A stretch of DNA of 32,000 bases from Salinispora tropica CNB-440 (GCF_000016425.1 NC_009380.1:1150144-1182143); one strand, 5' to 3'; counted from the first letter of the stretch, positions 12,557-21,516 are shown. Numbers and translations are program-made. The notes: generated by a model from the sequence alone, not told the origin.

Positions 12557-13408
12557 CTACCCGAGCACCGGGCCCAGGTTACTATCGGGCACCCTTGGGG
12601 AGACGGTGATGCTGTCACCGGGTACGACAGGCCACTTCTCGATGAAGTTGGACTGGTTGAGCCCGAGGGCAAGCCGGCCCCGACTGTTGAGGTACAGCAG
12701 TGGCTGCCCCTCGTCGACCTCGCCGAAGGTTTTGCAGAAGGGCAGCTCGAGCACCGTGTCGCTGAGGGCTTCGATCTTGACTTCCAGTCGCTCCCCGTCC
12801 TGCAGCATCGAGCCAATCAAGTGGGTGGGTATGTTGGTCCATACGTTGCCGAAAGCCCGGTCGATGCGTACCACCTCCCCGCGGATCCCGCCCTCCACCT
12901 CGCTGGCGGAGGCATAGGGCAGCCGAACGATCTGCTTCGGGTCGATCCGGGGGCCGACGGCGGCAAGGTCGGTGCCGGCAGCGAGGTGGGCGGCGCAGGC
13001 AGCGACGATGTCCTTGCCGTACCAGGTTGGCGTCACCGGCTGGTTCATGACATCGGGGGAGAGGACCTCGTGACACTCGACCGCAGGGGAGGCGTCGAGT
13101 GCGAAGCTCAGCAGCCCATTGTTGGGTCCGACGAGCAGTTGACCCTTCTCATTGCGCACTGCAATGGTGTGGGTCGCCGTGCCGGTCTCGGGATAGACGT
13201 ATGCGCAGATGACCGTATGAGCCGGGAAGGAGTGCGGGACATCAGCGAGAAACAGTGCGCCTTCCCGGACATCAAAGGGCGCGACGTCATGGGTTATGTC
13301 CACGATCGTCGCTGCCGGCGCGACGCCGTACATGACTCCCTTGCAGAGTGCGTGGGCTTCGTCGGCGGACCCGACGTCGGAGAGGAAGGCAATGAGATTG
13401 TGCTGCAT
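12557..13408 (-). CDS. salL: S-adenosyl-L-methionine:chloride adenosyltransferase (5'-chloro-5'-deoxyadenosine synthase; fluorinase-family chlorinase)
   Basis: The track ORF (317 aa) starts too early. ATG 13408 has GGAGG 8 nt upstream and gives a 283-aa protein, [25 protein letters not shown]...DSNLGPVLG. To my memory this is the SalL sequence. Tyr70 (ICAYVYPE) and Gly131 (TWYGKD) fall at the published numbering. Confidence 0.97.
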
Positions 13409-13510
13409 GGTGAGTGACCTCCGTTTTATCGGTCGGAAACCGACCTCAGGATTGGTTGTTGTGCAGACCACGAACCGCAGGCTTCTCCGTCGGAAGCGAG
13501 ACAGGAACAT

Positions 13511-13538
13511 CGTCGGACCATCTATGCGATGGTCGACG
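13511..13538 (-). terminator. Bulged 11-bp hairpin 9 nt after the salM stop, in the 139-nt salM-salL spacer; possible attenuator or partial terminator
   Basis: CGTCG-G-ACCATC / TATGC / GATGGT-CGACG, read directly. On the minus-strand RNA it is followed by the moderately U-rich AUGUUCCUGUCU. Confidence 0.3.
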
Positions 13539-13547
13539 GCGCTCGTG

Positions 13548-14315
13548 TCACTGCGCGAGGTAACCTCCGTCGACGGGAAGTACTACACCCGTGATGAACG
13601 AGGCCTCGTCGGAGGCCAGGAATCCGATCGCGGCTGCCACCTCCGACGGCTCGCCCAGGCGTCCGGCTGGATGGAGCCGGACGATGTCCTCCAGGTACTC
13701 CGGACCGCCCGGTTCTTCTTCGAGCCGGCGGACCCGGTTGGTGCGGATAGTCCCGGGAGCGACCGCGTTGACCCGGATGCAGTGTCGTGCGCATTCGACG
13801 GCCAAGTGCTTGGTGAGCCCGGAAGCCACGAACTTGGCCGGGCCGTACGTGCTCTGCCCCCGCTGGCCAGCGACGCCGGAGATAGATGAAAGGCACACGA
13901 TCGAGCCGCCCGTGGCCAGCATGGCGTCAATGCCGTACTTGCACGTGAGGAACATGCCCTTGCCATCGACGGCCATGACCTCATCCCAGTCCTGCTCGGT
14001 CGCCTCGGTGATCTCGTGCAGAGGGATCACGCCAGCGTTGGCGACCACGACGTCCAGCCGGTTGTAGACATCGACGGCCGTCTGAACCATGCGGTGTGCC
14101 TGGGTGGCGTCTGAGACGTCGGCGATCACCGTCGTCACCTCGGCTCCGGACTCGGCCAGTTCGGCGTGGCACTTCTCCAGTGCGGCACCGTCCACGTCGC
14201 TGACCACCAGCCGGGCTCCCTCGCGGGCGAACCACACAGCCGTGGCATGGCCTATGCCATGCGCGGCGCCGGTGATCAGACTTACTTTTCCCGATAGGCG
14301 CCCACCGTTCGTCAT
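13548..14315 (-). CDS. salM: Short-chain dehydrogenase/reductase (5-chloro-5-deoxyribose dehydrogenase type)
   Basis: SDR motifs [16 protein letters not shown] and YGPAKFV (YxxxK). ATG 14315 has AGGAGG 6 nt upstream. The track start at 14318 is a TTG one codon earlier. Confidence 0.93.
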
Positions 14316-14552
14316 CAACCACCTCCTGACCTGTTCGGCAGCCCTTCACCACTCTGCAACGACCTCGTCCGACGGCTGCCCTGGCCGGCCGATCGCTAGC
14401 CCACGCTATGAGATCGTTTCGGGCGCCGCGACAGACCAAAGTTGTAGGCGAACTGTGACCTTCAGCAGATGCCGCCGGCGAGGAAGACCGAGACTCTGGG
14501 CTGCATCGCCGGGCGTCGGCGAGAAAGCCGCCCCCCAGGGAGGTACACGACC

Positions 14553-15332
14553 GTGTTTGTACTGTTCATCGGCGACATCGTGGGGGACGAGGGGACACGG
14601 TACCTGGTAGACCGGCTGCCCGAACTGCGTGCCCGCCACACGGTGGACCTCGTTGTGGCGAATGCCGAGAACTCGGCGGCCGACGGCTTGGGGATGGGTC
14701 GTGTGCAGGTGGAGCAACTGCTGTCCGGAGGGGTTGACGTCATCACCGGCGGAAACCACTCCTGGGACAGCCCAGAGTCGGTCGGGATGCTCAATCTGCC
14801 GCAAGTGGTTCGGCCCGCCAACGTGGACCCCGAGGTACCCGGTCGGGGCTTTGTCCATGTCCCGGTCGGCGAGGAGATGGTCACCGTACTGAACCTGGCT
14901 GATGGCTGCGCCATGGCGTCGACCAAGGCGACTGCGGGACGGGTGGGTCCCGCCTACTCGGCATGGGAGGCGGCCGACCGGCGCGGCATCACGATCGTCG
15001 ACTACCACGGCGATCACGTGCTGGAAAAGCAGATCTTCGCCCACACCGTCGACGGCACCGCCGCCGCGGTCGTCGGCACGCACACCCACGAAGCCACCGA
15101 CCTGCCACGGCTGCTGCCGAACGGCACGGCGTTCGTCACAGAGGTGGGCATGACGGGACCGGACGGCGGCGTGCAGGGTTTCGCTCCCGCAAACCTGGTG
15201 AACAACCTGCGGACCACCGGCAACCCGTTCGACGGGCCGATGCCCACGGTGCATCGAGCCCCGATGGTGCTCGGCGCGGTCCTGATCGAGATCGTCGGCG
15301 GTCTTGCCGCCGGCATCCAGCGGGTGCGGTGA
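14553..15332 (+). CDS. salN: YmdB-like calcineurin-type metallophosphoesterase (proposed 5-chlororibose-1-phosphate phosphatase)
   Basis: Family motifs LFIGDIVGDEG, VANAENSA, GGNHSWD and GTHTHE. GTG 14553 is preferred because GGGAGG lies 9 nt upstream and homologues start at xxVLFIGD. The track ORF begins at 14469. Confidence 0.85.
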   Translation: MFVLFIGDIVGDEGTRYLVDRLPELRARHTVDLVVANAENSAADGLGMGRVQVEQLLSGGVDVITGGNHSWDSPESVGMLNLPQVVRPANVDPEVPGRGFVHVPVGEEMVTVLNLADGCAMASTKATAGRVGPAYSAWEAADRRGITIVDYHGDHVLEKQIFAHTVDGTAAAVVGTHTHEATDLPRLLPNGTAFVTEVGMTGPDGGVQGFAPANLVNNLRTTGNPFDGPMPTVHRAPMVLGAVLIEIVGGLAAGIQRVR

Positions 15333-15336
15333 TCGT

Positions 15337-16170
15337 ATGTTGGACGGCAGCGCCGTACACGGCCAATCGGCGGTCCCCGCCGGCTACCAGGTGGTTGACC
15401 TTTCGGTGACCATCGCCGAGGACTTGCCATGCTACTGGGAGGGGCATCAACCCTTCCAGCACAAGACCTGGAACTGGTTTGCCGACCATCGCAACGCGAT
15501 GGCCTCCGTCTACAGCCGCGGCGGCCCGTACGCGACCCGTTGGATGGCCATCGACGAGCACACCGGAACCCACTTTGATGCTCCTCTGCACTTCATCCCA
15601 CCTCCGGACTCCGGCCTGCCGGGAGCGGGTCCGGCGGGTGCCATCTCGGCTGACCAGGTCGGGCTGGCGAGCCTCATGGGAGCCGCCGCGGTAATTGACG
15701 TGGCATCTCCCGGTGGAGGCGAAGGCGGGATGAGCCCGCTGATCCACCCGTCGGCGATCGTGGCATGGGAGGCCGCCAACGGCATGCTGAACCCCGGTGA
15801 GATCGTGCTGCTGCGCACCGGCTGGGACCGGCGCTACCGACGCGGTGCCGCCGGGGGCGGATATCTTCGTGACGTCCTCGCCGGGCGGAGCCCCGGATGG
15901 CCGGCGCCGACAGAGCCCACAGTGGAGCTACTGCTGACTCGGGGGGTGCAATGCCTTGGCATTGACGCGCCGTCGATCGGCCCGGCGCACGATCCGGTGG
16001 GCGTGCATGTGCGGGGCCTGGGACAGGGAATGGTCTACGTCGAGTGTCTCGCCGCGCTCGACGCGCTGCCCCCTCGCGGCGCGTGGTTTTGTTTCCTTCC
16101 CATCAAGGTGGAGGGCAGCACTGGGGCTCCTGGCCGGGCGATCGCCCTGATGCCGGCCACGGAGTCGTGA
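15337..16170 (+). CDS. salO: Putative cyclase / kynurenine-formamidase-like metal hydrolase; role unknown
   Basis: Cyclase-family signature HTGTHFDAPLHF plus GIDAPSIGP. ATG 15337 lies 4 nt after the salN stop. The longer track ORF from 15304 overlaps salN. Confidence 0.8.
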   Translation: MLDGSAVHGQSAVPAGYQVVDLSVTIAEDLPCYWEGHQPFQHKTWNWFADHRNAMASVYSRGGPYATRWMAIDEHTGTHFDAPLHFIPPPDSGLPGAGPAGAISADQVGLASLMGAAAVIDVASPGGGEGGMSPLIHPSAIVAWEAANGMLNPGEIVLLRTGWDRRYRRGAAGGGYLRDVLAGRSPGWPAPTEPTVELLLTRGVQCLGIDAPSIGPAHDPVGVHVRGLGQGMVYVECLAALDALPPRGAWFCFLPIKVEGSTGAPGRAIALMPATES

Positions 16171-16201
16171 GGTCCTCGTCCGCAGGCCGCGGCGACGACG
16201 G

Positions 16202-16879
16202 TCAGGCCACCAGGCTGCTCGTCTCCAGCATCGCGTTCGGGCCGATCAAACCCATCGCCGCGAGCCTGTTGACGGCGGCCACTCGTGAGCGCACATCGAG
16301 CTTGTCGTACGTGTTGGTGAGGTGGCGCTTGACCGTGCCCTCGGAGATGGAGAGGCGGCCGGCGATCTGGGCGTTGCTCAGGCCCGCCGCGACCAGCTCG
16401 ATCACCTCGAACTCCCGGCCCGACAGTGACCGCGTGCCGACCCCGGTCAGATGTTGCAGCATGCTCTTCTGCACGGAAAGCACGGCGCTGTCGCGGTTGC
16501 GGCTCACGATCCGTACGACGCTCAGCAGTTCCTCACGCGTCGAGTTCCGCGAGACGTACGCCCACGTACCCATGGCGAGGTACCGGCGCGCCAGGCGCAC
16601 GTTCTCGTGCATCGCCAGGATTACCAGCCGGGGCTGGCAGGTCGCGGCCAGGATCTGGCCGACCAGCCGCATGATCCCTTGGTCAGACGGGCCGACGCTC
16701 AGCAGTACCACGTCTGGCGCCGTCCGTCGAACCAGGGCCGCCGCCATGGGCCCCGCCGCCGCCTGCCCGACCACCCGCAGGTCGGGCTCGCGATCGCAGA
16801 TCTCGGCCATCGCCTCTCGAAAAATAGTGCTGTCGCCAAGGAGTAGAATCCGTTTCGGACTAGATTCTATGCTGGTCAT
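16202..16879 (-). CDS. salR2: LuxR/NarL-family response-regulator-like transcription factor with a degenerate receiver domain
   Basis: C-terminal HTH: [43 protein letters not shown]. The N-terminal REC fold ([12 protein letters not shown]...[12 protein letters not shown]) lacks the acidic pocket. Convergent with salO, 31-bp gap. Confidence 0.9.
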   Translation of the reverse strand: MTSIESSPKRILLLGDSTIFREAMAEICDREPDLRVVGQAAAGPMAAALVRRTAPDVVLLSVGPSDQGIMRLVGQILAATCQPRLVILAMHENVRLARRYLAMGTWAYVSRNSTREELLSVVRIVSRNRDSAVLSVQKSMLQHLTGVGTRSLSGREFEVIELVAAGLSNAQIAGRLSISEGTVKRHLTNTYDKLDVRSRVAAVNRLAAMGLIGPNAMLETSSLVA

Positions 16880-17261
16880 TAGTCGACTCGATCCGCAATC
16901 GGAGTGGCTCTGGTCGAAGCGGCTTCAAGAATGTTTGACACGCCGCCGAAGGTAGTTGGGTGCACCTATGTTCGCCTTTCGCTTAAGGCTTGAGCGATCT
17001 GGTGGACTCTGGCCACTTGGCAAGTAGCAGCACTTTATCATCCTGTTGGCCGGCCTGCCCAACGTGCGTCATCGGCATGATTAATCCACATCATCGAACT
17101 TATGCAATTGATTGATTGCTGCCGCAGCGGGAAGATTGGCCCGAATAAGTCGACTAGTGGGCGGGCTGTGGATTTCTCGTCCAGGCATTCCGCTCCGGAC
17201 GGTAATTCGCGTGGGCTACCTCACCATGATCGGTTCAGACGAATTGCCGAGAAGGAGTCGC

Positions 17262-20200
17262 ATGTCCCCCGGCTTGCAGCCAAGCGAATTCACGTTGGAC
17301 CAGCGCTATCTGTGCCAGGACGGCACCGCCTACCTCACCGGCGTGCAGGCGCTGGTGCGTCTCCTGCTTGACCGTGTCCGCCACGACCGGCGTGCCGGAA
17401 ACGACGCGGCGGTCTTCGTCTCCGGCTACGAAGGGTCGCCCCTGGCGGGCTACGACTTGGAGCTCGCCCGCCGGGGCCGACTGCTGGCCGAGCACGGCGT
17501 GGTGCATCGGCCCGCACTGAACGAGGAGCTTGCGGCGACGGCCGTGCTCGGCAGCCAGCTCGCTGCGGGCGTCGGCAGACAGCGCCCCGACGGTGTCGTT
17601 GGTGTCTGGTACGGCAAGGCGCCGGGTCTCGACCGCGCGGGCGACGCGTTGCGCCACGCGAACTTCGCGGGCACCGACCCGCGGGGCGGTGCCATCGCGC
17701 TCGTCGGGGACGATCCAGCGGCGAAGTCGTCGACTGTGCCGAGCGCGTCGGAGTTCGCCCTGGCGGACCTCTCAATGCCGGTCCTCGTGCCAGCAGACGC
17801 CGCCGACCTGCTCCGCTACGGCCTGCACGCCATCGAGATGTCCCGGGCGTCCGGCCTATGGTCAGCGCTCAAGATCGTGACCAACGTCGCCGACGCGGCG
17901 AGCACGGTGCCGGTCACCCCGTCCTGGCGCTTCCCGACAGTGGCTGGTGGATATCGCCACCGGCCCACGTCCCGGCTGCTCGGCGCGGAACTCGCCGCCT
18001 TGGAGGAGAGCCTTCACCGGGTCCGCCTCCCCTTGGCGGTGGAGTATCTGCGCGCCGCCGGCCTGAACGAGCTGTACGGGCACGCGGATGACCGGATCGG
18101 GATCGTGGCCGCCGGCAAGTCATATCTGGACGTCCGCCAAGCGCTGCGGACGCTTGGCATGGACGAGGAAGCTCTGCGCCGCTATCGCGTACGGCTACTC
18201 AAGCTGGCGGCGGTCTACCCCCTTGAGTCAGCCGTGGTGCGGGAGTTCGCCGCGGGGCTGGACGAGATAGTGGTGGTGGAGGAGAAACGGGGTTTCATCG
18301 AATCCGCCGTCAAGGATCTGCTCTATGGCAGCGGCGACGCGCCGGTGGTCTGCGGGAAGACGGATCCGGCGGGGCGGTCGCTGTTCCGCCCCACGGGTGA
18401 GCTGAATCCCGACGTGATCGCGGCTGGCCTCGCCCGGCGACTGTCGGCGACCGGCCGCTGCGAACCCGTGGAAGCGTGGCAGGGACGTCGGCGCCGTGAC
18501 CGCATCGACCTGCCGGTGGTGGCGCGAACCCCATACTTCTGCTCCGGCTGCCCGCACAACTCGTCGACGAAGGCGCCTCCCGGTACCCTGACCGCCGGCG
18601 GCACCGGATGTTCCACCATGACCTTCTTCATGGATCCGAAGCGGGTCGGCGACATCATCGGCGTCACGCAGATGGGCGGCGAGGGTGCCCAGTGGATCGG
18701 GATGGCACCCTTCGTCGACATCGATCACTTCGTGCAGAACGTAGGCGACGGCACCTTTCACCACTCGGCCAGCCTCGCGCTGCGAGCCGCAGTGGCGGCC
18801 GGCGTCAACATTACGTACAAGGTGCTGTACAACTCTGCCGTGGCCATGACCGGTGGTCAGGACGCCGTGGGTGCCTTGCCGGTGCATCGGCTGGCCGCTC
18901 TGCTTCTGGCCGAGGGCGCGACCAAGGTGATCGTCACCTCGGAGGATCCAAAGCGGCTCGGCCGGCATCCCATGCCGGCCGGCGTCGAGGTACGCCACCG
19001 CGACGATCTGCCGCGCAGCCAGGCGGAACTCGCCGTGACTCCCGGCGTCACCGTGCTCATCCACGACCAGGAGTGCGCGGCGGTACAACGGCGTAAGCGG
19101 CGCCGCGGCCTGCGGCCGCAGCCCGCCTACAAAGTGCTGATCAACGAACGGTTGTGCGAGGGATGCGGCGACTGCGGGGCGCAGTCGAACTGCCTGTCGG
19201 TCCAGCCGGTAGAAAGCGACTTTGGCCGCAAGACACGTATTCACCAGTCCTCGTGTAACGCCGACTACGCATGCCTACAGGGCCGGTGCCCATCATTCTT
19301 GACCATTGTCCCCGGCCGATCCCCGCACCGCGAGCTGGCCTCGGTGCCCACGGCTAAACCATCGATGCCGCGGCAGCGCGTTGTCGGCGACTTCTCAGTG
19401 CGGATCACCGGCATCGGCGGCAGCGGCGTGGTAACCCTGGCTCAGATCATCGCCACAGCCGCAGTGCTCGACGGCAGGCACGTGCGGACGCTCGACCAGA
19501 CCGGGCTGGCCCAGAAGGGCGGTGCGGTCGTCTCCGATGTCCGCGTCACCGAGCGTGCCGTCGAGTCTGCCGCACGGCTAGCGGACGGTGAATGCGATCT
19601 CTACCTAGCCACCGACCTGCTCGTCGCGGCTCAGCCCGCCAACCTCGCTGCAGCCGACACCGCCCGGACCGTCGTCGTGGCATCGACCTCGCCGGTGCCC
19701 ACCGGTCAGATGGTTACCGAGGTGTCGGGCCCACGGCCCGACGTAGACGAACTGTGCTCGGCTCTCGATCGATCGAGTGCGCGCGCCACCTTCTTCGACG
19801 CCCGATCCCTCGCCTTGCGCCTGCTGGGTGACGACCAGTTCGCCAATATTCTGCAACTAGGCGCCGCCTACCAGGAGGGCGCCATCCCGCTAGAAGCGGC
19901 CAGCATCGAACAGGCGATCCGGCTCAACGGCGTCGGCGTGGAGCGCAACCTCAGCGCCTTCTGCCTCGGCCGCCTGGTGGTTGACGACCCTCAGACGGTG
20001 TCGCCGGCAGCTCCCGTAGCCCAGGAGCAACGACCGTTGCAGGGCGATGCAGCATCGTTGCGGGCGACAATCGATGCCGGCGAGGACACCCCACTCGCGC
20101 GCCGGCTGGATGCGCTCGTGGCAGATCTCGTCGCCTACCAGGATCTGGCCTATGCCCGCGAGTTTGTGGAGTTCGTGGAACACGTACGCCGGGTGGAGGG

Positions 20201-20711
20201 ACGGGCGGGGCCGCTCACCGCAGCCGTGGCGGGCAATCTATACAAACTTATGGCCTACAAGGATGAGTACGAGGTGGCCCGGCTCTCGCTCGATGAACGC
20301 CTGACCCACGACATAGCCGCGCAGTTCGGAGCTGGGGCGCGATACCACTACCTATTGCAGCCACCGGTTCTGAGGAAGCTCGTGCGCCGCAAGATTCGCC
20401 TCGGGCAGTGGTTCCGAGTCGTGCTCCGGCTGCTGTACGCACTGCGCAGACTGCGAGGGAGCAGGCTCGATGTCTTCGGCTACACACGCGTGCGCCGGAT
20501 CGAACGGAGGCTTGTGGCGAACTATCGCAGGACGATCCTCGCCGCGTTGTCGGCGGCCAACCCCGACGACCCGGCGCTGGTAGAGCTGGCGTCTCTGCCA
20601 GACATGGTGCGTGGCTTCGACGAGGTCAAGCTCGCCAATGTGACCGAGTACCACCGGCGCCAGGAGCAGTTGCTGCAGTCGCTGCCCCACCCCGTCCAGC
20701 AGGTCGGGTAG
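17262..20711 (+). CDS. salQ: Fused indolepyruvate/2-oxoacid:ferredoxin oxidoreductase-family enzyme (oxidative decarboxylation to an acyl-CoA)
   Basis: About 1150 aa. TPP-binding region VGDGTFHHS...NSAVAMTGGQ. Ferredoxin-type cluster motif CEGCGDCGAQSNC. Gamma-like domain ITGIGGSGVVT. ATG 17262 (MSPGLQPSEFTLDQRY) follows AAGGAG. The track ORF from 17112 begins in AT-rich intergenic DNA. Confidence 0.9.
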   Translation: MSPGLQPSEFTLDQRYLCQDGTAYLTGVQALVRLLLDRVRHDRRAGNDAAVFVSGYEGSPLAGYDLELARRGRLLAEHGVVHRPALNEELAATAVLGSQLAAGVGRQRPDGVVGVWYGKAPGLDRAGDALRHANFAGTDPRGGAIALVGDDPAAKSSTVPSASEFALADLSMPVLVPADAADLLRYGLHAIEMSRASGLWSALKIVTNVADAASTVPVTPSWRFPTVAGGYRHRPTSRLLGAELAALEESLHRVRLPLAVEYLRAAGLNELYGHADDRIGIVAAGKSYLDVRQALRTLGMDEEALRRYRVRLLKLAAVYPLESAVVREFAAGLDEIVVVEEKRGFIESAVKDLLYGSGDAPVVCGKTDPAGRSLFRPTGELNPDVIAAGLARRLSATGRCEPVEAWQGRRRRDRIDLPVVARTPYFCSGCPHNSSTKAPPGTLTAGGTGCSTMTFFMDPKRVGDIIGVTQMGGEGAQWIGMAPFVDIDHFVQNVGDGTFHHSASLALRAAVAAGVNITYKVLYNSAVAMTGGQDAVGALPVHRLAALLLAEGATKVIVTSEDPKRLGRHPMPAGVEVRHRDDLPRSQAELAVTPGVTVLIHDQECAAVQRRKRRRGLRPQPAYKVLINERLCEGCGDCGAQSNCLSVQPVESDFGRKTRIHQSSCNADYACLQGRCPSFLTIVPGRSPHRELASVPTAKPSMPRQRVVGDFSVRITGIGGSGVVTLAQIIATAAVLDGRHVRTLDQTGLAQKGGAVVSDVRVTERAVESAARLADGECDLYLATDLLVAAQPANLAAADTARTVVVASTSPVPTGQMVTEVSGPRPDVDELCSALDRSSARATFFDARSLALRLLGDDQFANILQLGAAYQEGAIPLEAASIEQAIRLNGVGVERNLSAFCLGRLVVDDPQTVSPAAPVAQEQRPLQGDAASLRATIDAGEDTPLARRLDALVADLVAYQDLAYAREFVEFVEHVRRVEGRAGPLTAAVAGNLYKLMAYKDEYEVARLSLDERLTHDIAAQFGAGARYHYLLQPPVLRKLVRRKIRLGQWFRVVLRLLYALRRLRGSRLDVFGYTRVRRIERRLVANYRRTILAALSAANPDDPALVELASLPDMVRGFDEVKLANVTEYHRRQEQLLQSLPHPVQQVG

Positions 20712-20936
20712 GGTAGCCCGACTCTCTCGTTACTGGGCTGGTCCTTCGATACAGGGTGGGCGGCGACCGAGGGACCGGGTTCCGCAGTTCGTAGACATCT
20801 TAGACATCCGCGCTTGAACCGCTTCTGTGCTGGTCAATGGACTCTGAGGCGACCGGGATCTGGCTTGGGGCCGTCGGAAGAGACCTGACCACAGGTGCCT
20901 CGTCGGCGGCCTACCCAACGTCACGCCGGGACCTGT

Positions 20937-20969
20937 GGTAGCCGGAGGGTGAAATGCCCTCCGGCTACC
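20937..20969. terminator. GC-rich hairpin H2 (13-bp stem, loop TGAAATG), the second copy of the H1-type element, 226 nt downstream of the salQ stop
   Basis: GGTAGCCGGAGGG-TGAAATG-CCCTCCGGCTACC, read directly. The core AGCCGG..GG TGAAAT ..CC..CCGGCTAC.CGACC is shared with 12478-12512. Confidence 0.4.
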
Positions 20970-21194
20970 CGACCCCGGCTCCGGCCGCCTCGTCCGACAC
21001 CGTCTCAAGCGAGGCGGAGATCGCATCCTCAACCCCGAGTTCGACAGTTGATGGGGATGCGGTGAGTGCCAGCGGTGGATCCGTGTAGGTGGGAGGCCGG
21101 GCGTCCGACTGAAGCGTTCGGATCGCGTGGGCAAGCGAAGGCGCGAAGGCTCCTACCGCGCCGATCAGGCCCTCGTGTTCTGCGCCGGGGAATT

Positions 21195-21289
21195 CGCCTA
21201 CGGAGTCGGGCGAGTGAGTCGAGGATTTCTTCAGCGGTCATGGTCCAGACGAACGGGCGTGGGTTGCTGTTCCAGTCGCCGATCATCAT
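21195..21289 (-). pseudogene. IS630-family transposase relic (only the last 30 or so codons)
   Basis: The minus-strand frame reads IGDWNSNPRPFVWTMTAEEILDSLARLRRRI. This matches the remembered conserved C-terminus of IS630 transposases (WN.N.KPFVWTKTADEIL....AR.C.RI). No DDE core is present. Confidence 0.55.
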
Positions 21290-21447
21290 GCCGTCGTCGG
21301 CTGCATCGACGTACGCCGCGCATCCAGCAGCAGACCCCGCAGATACGTCCCACTCTTCACCCGCTGATCCGGCCGCATCAGTGGGGTGAACACATCCGCG
21401 GCGAACGCCTCAAGCCGTTGCCGCGCAACGGAAAGCCCCGTCAGGGG
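21289..21447 (-). pseudogene. IS701-family (DDE) transposase relic (N-terminal 50 or so codons), abutting the IS630 relic
   Basis: The minus-strand frame reads ARQRLEAFAADVFTPLMRPDQRVKSGTYLRGLLLDARRTSMQP. This matches the remembered IS701-type N-terminus (LEAFA..VF.PL.R.DQR...E.YLRGLLLDGRRKSMQPMA). The frame ends in TGATGA at the junction. Confidence 0.55.
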
Positions 21448-21516
21448 TCACCCCACCATCGAACTACCCCGAACCACTCAGACGACACAACGACACGTCG
21501 ACCTGACACAGCACTG

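Noticed and set aside
13409-13510. N-terminal extensions in the ORF track: salL 317 aa, salT from 25290, aminotransferase from 28420, salQ from 17112, OCD-like from 30148, salN from 14469, salO from 15304.
   Set aside because: The extensions are Arg-rich, overlap neighbouring genes or AT-rich intergenic DNA, and lack an RBS. Internal starts have Shine-Dalgarno sequences and match family N-termini.
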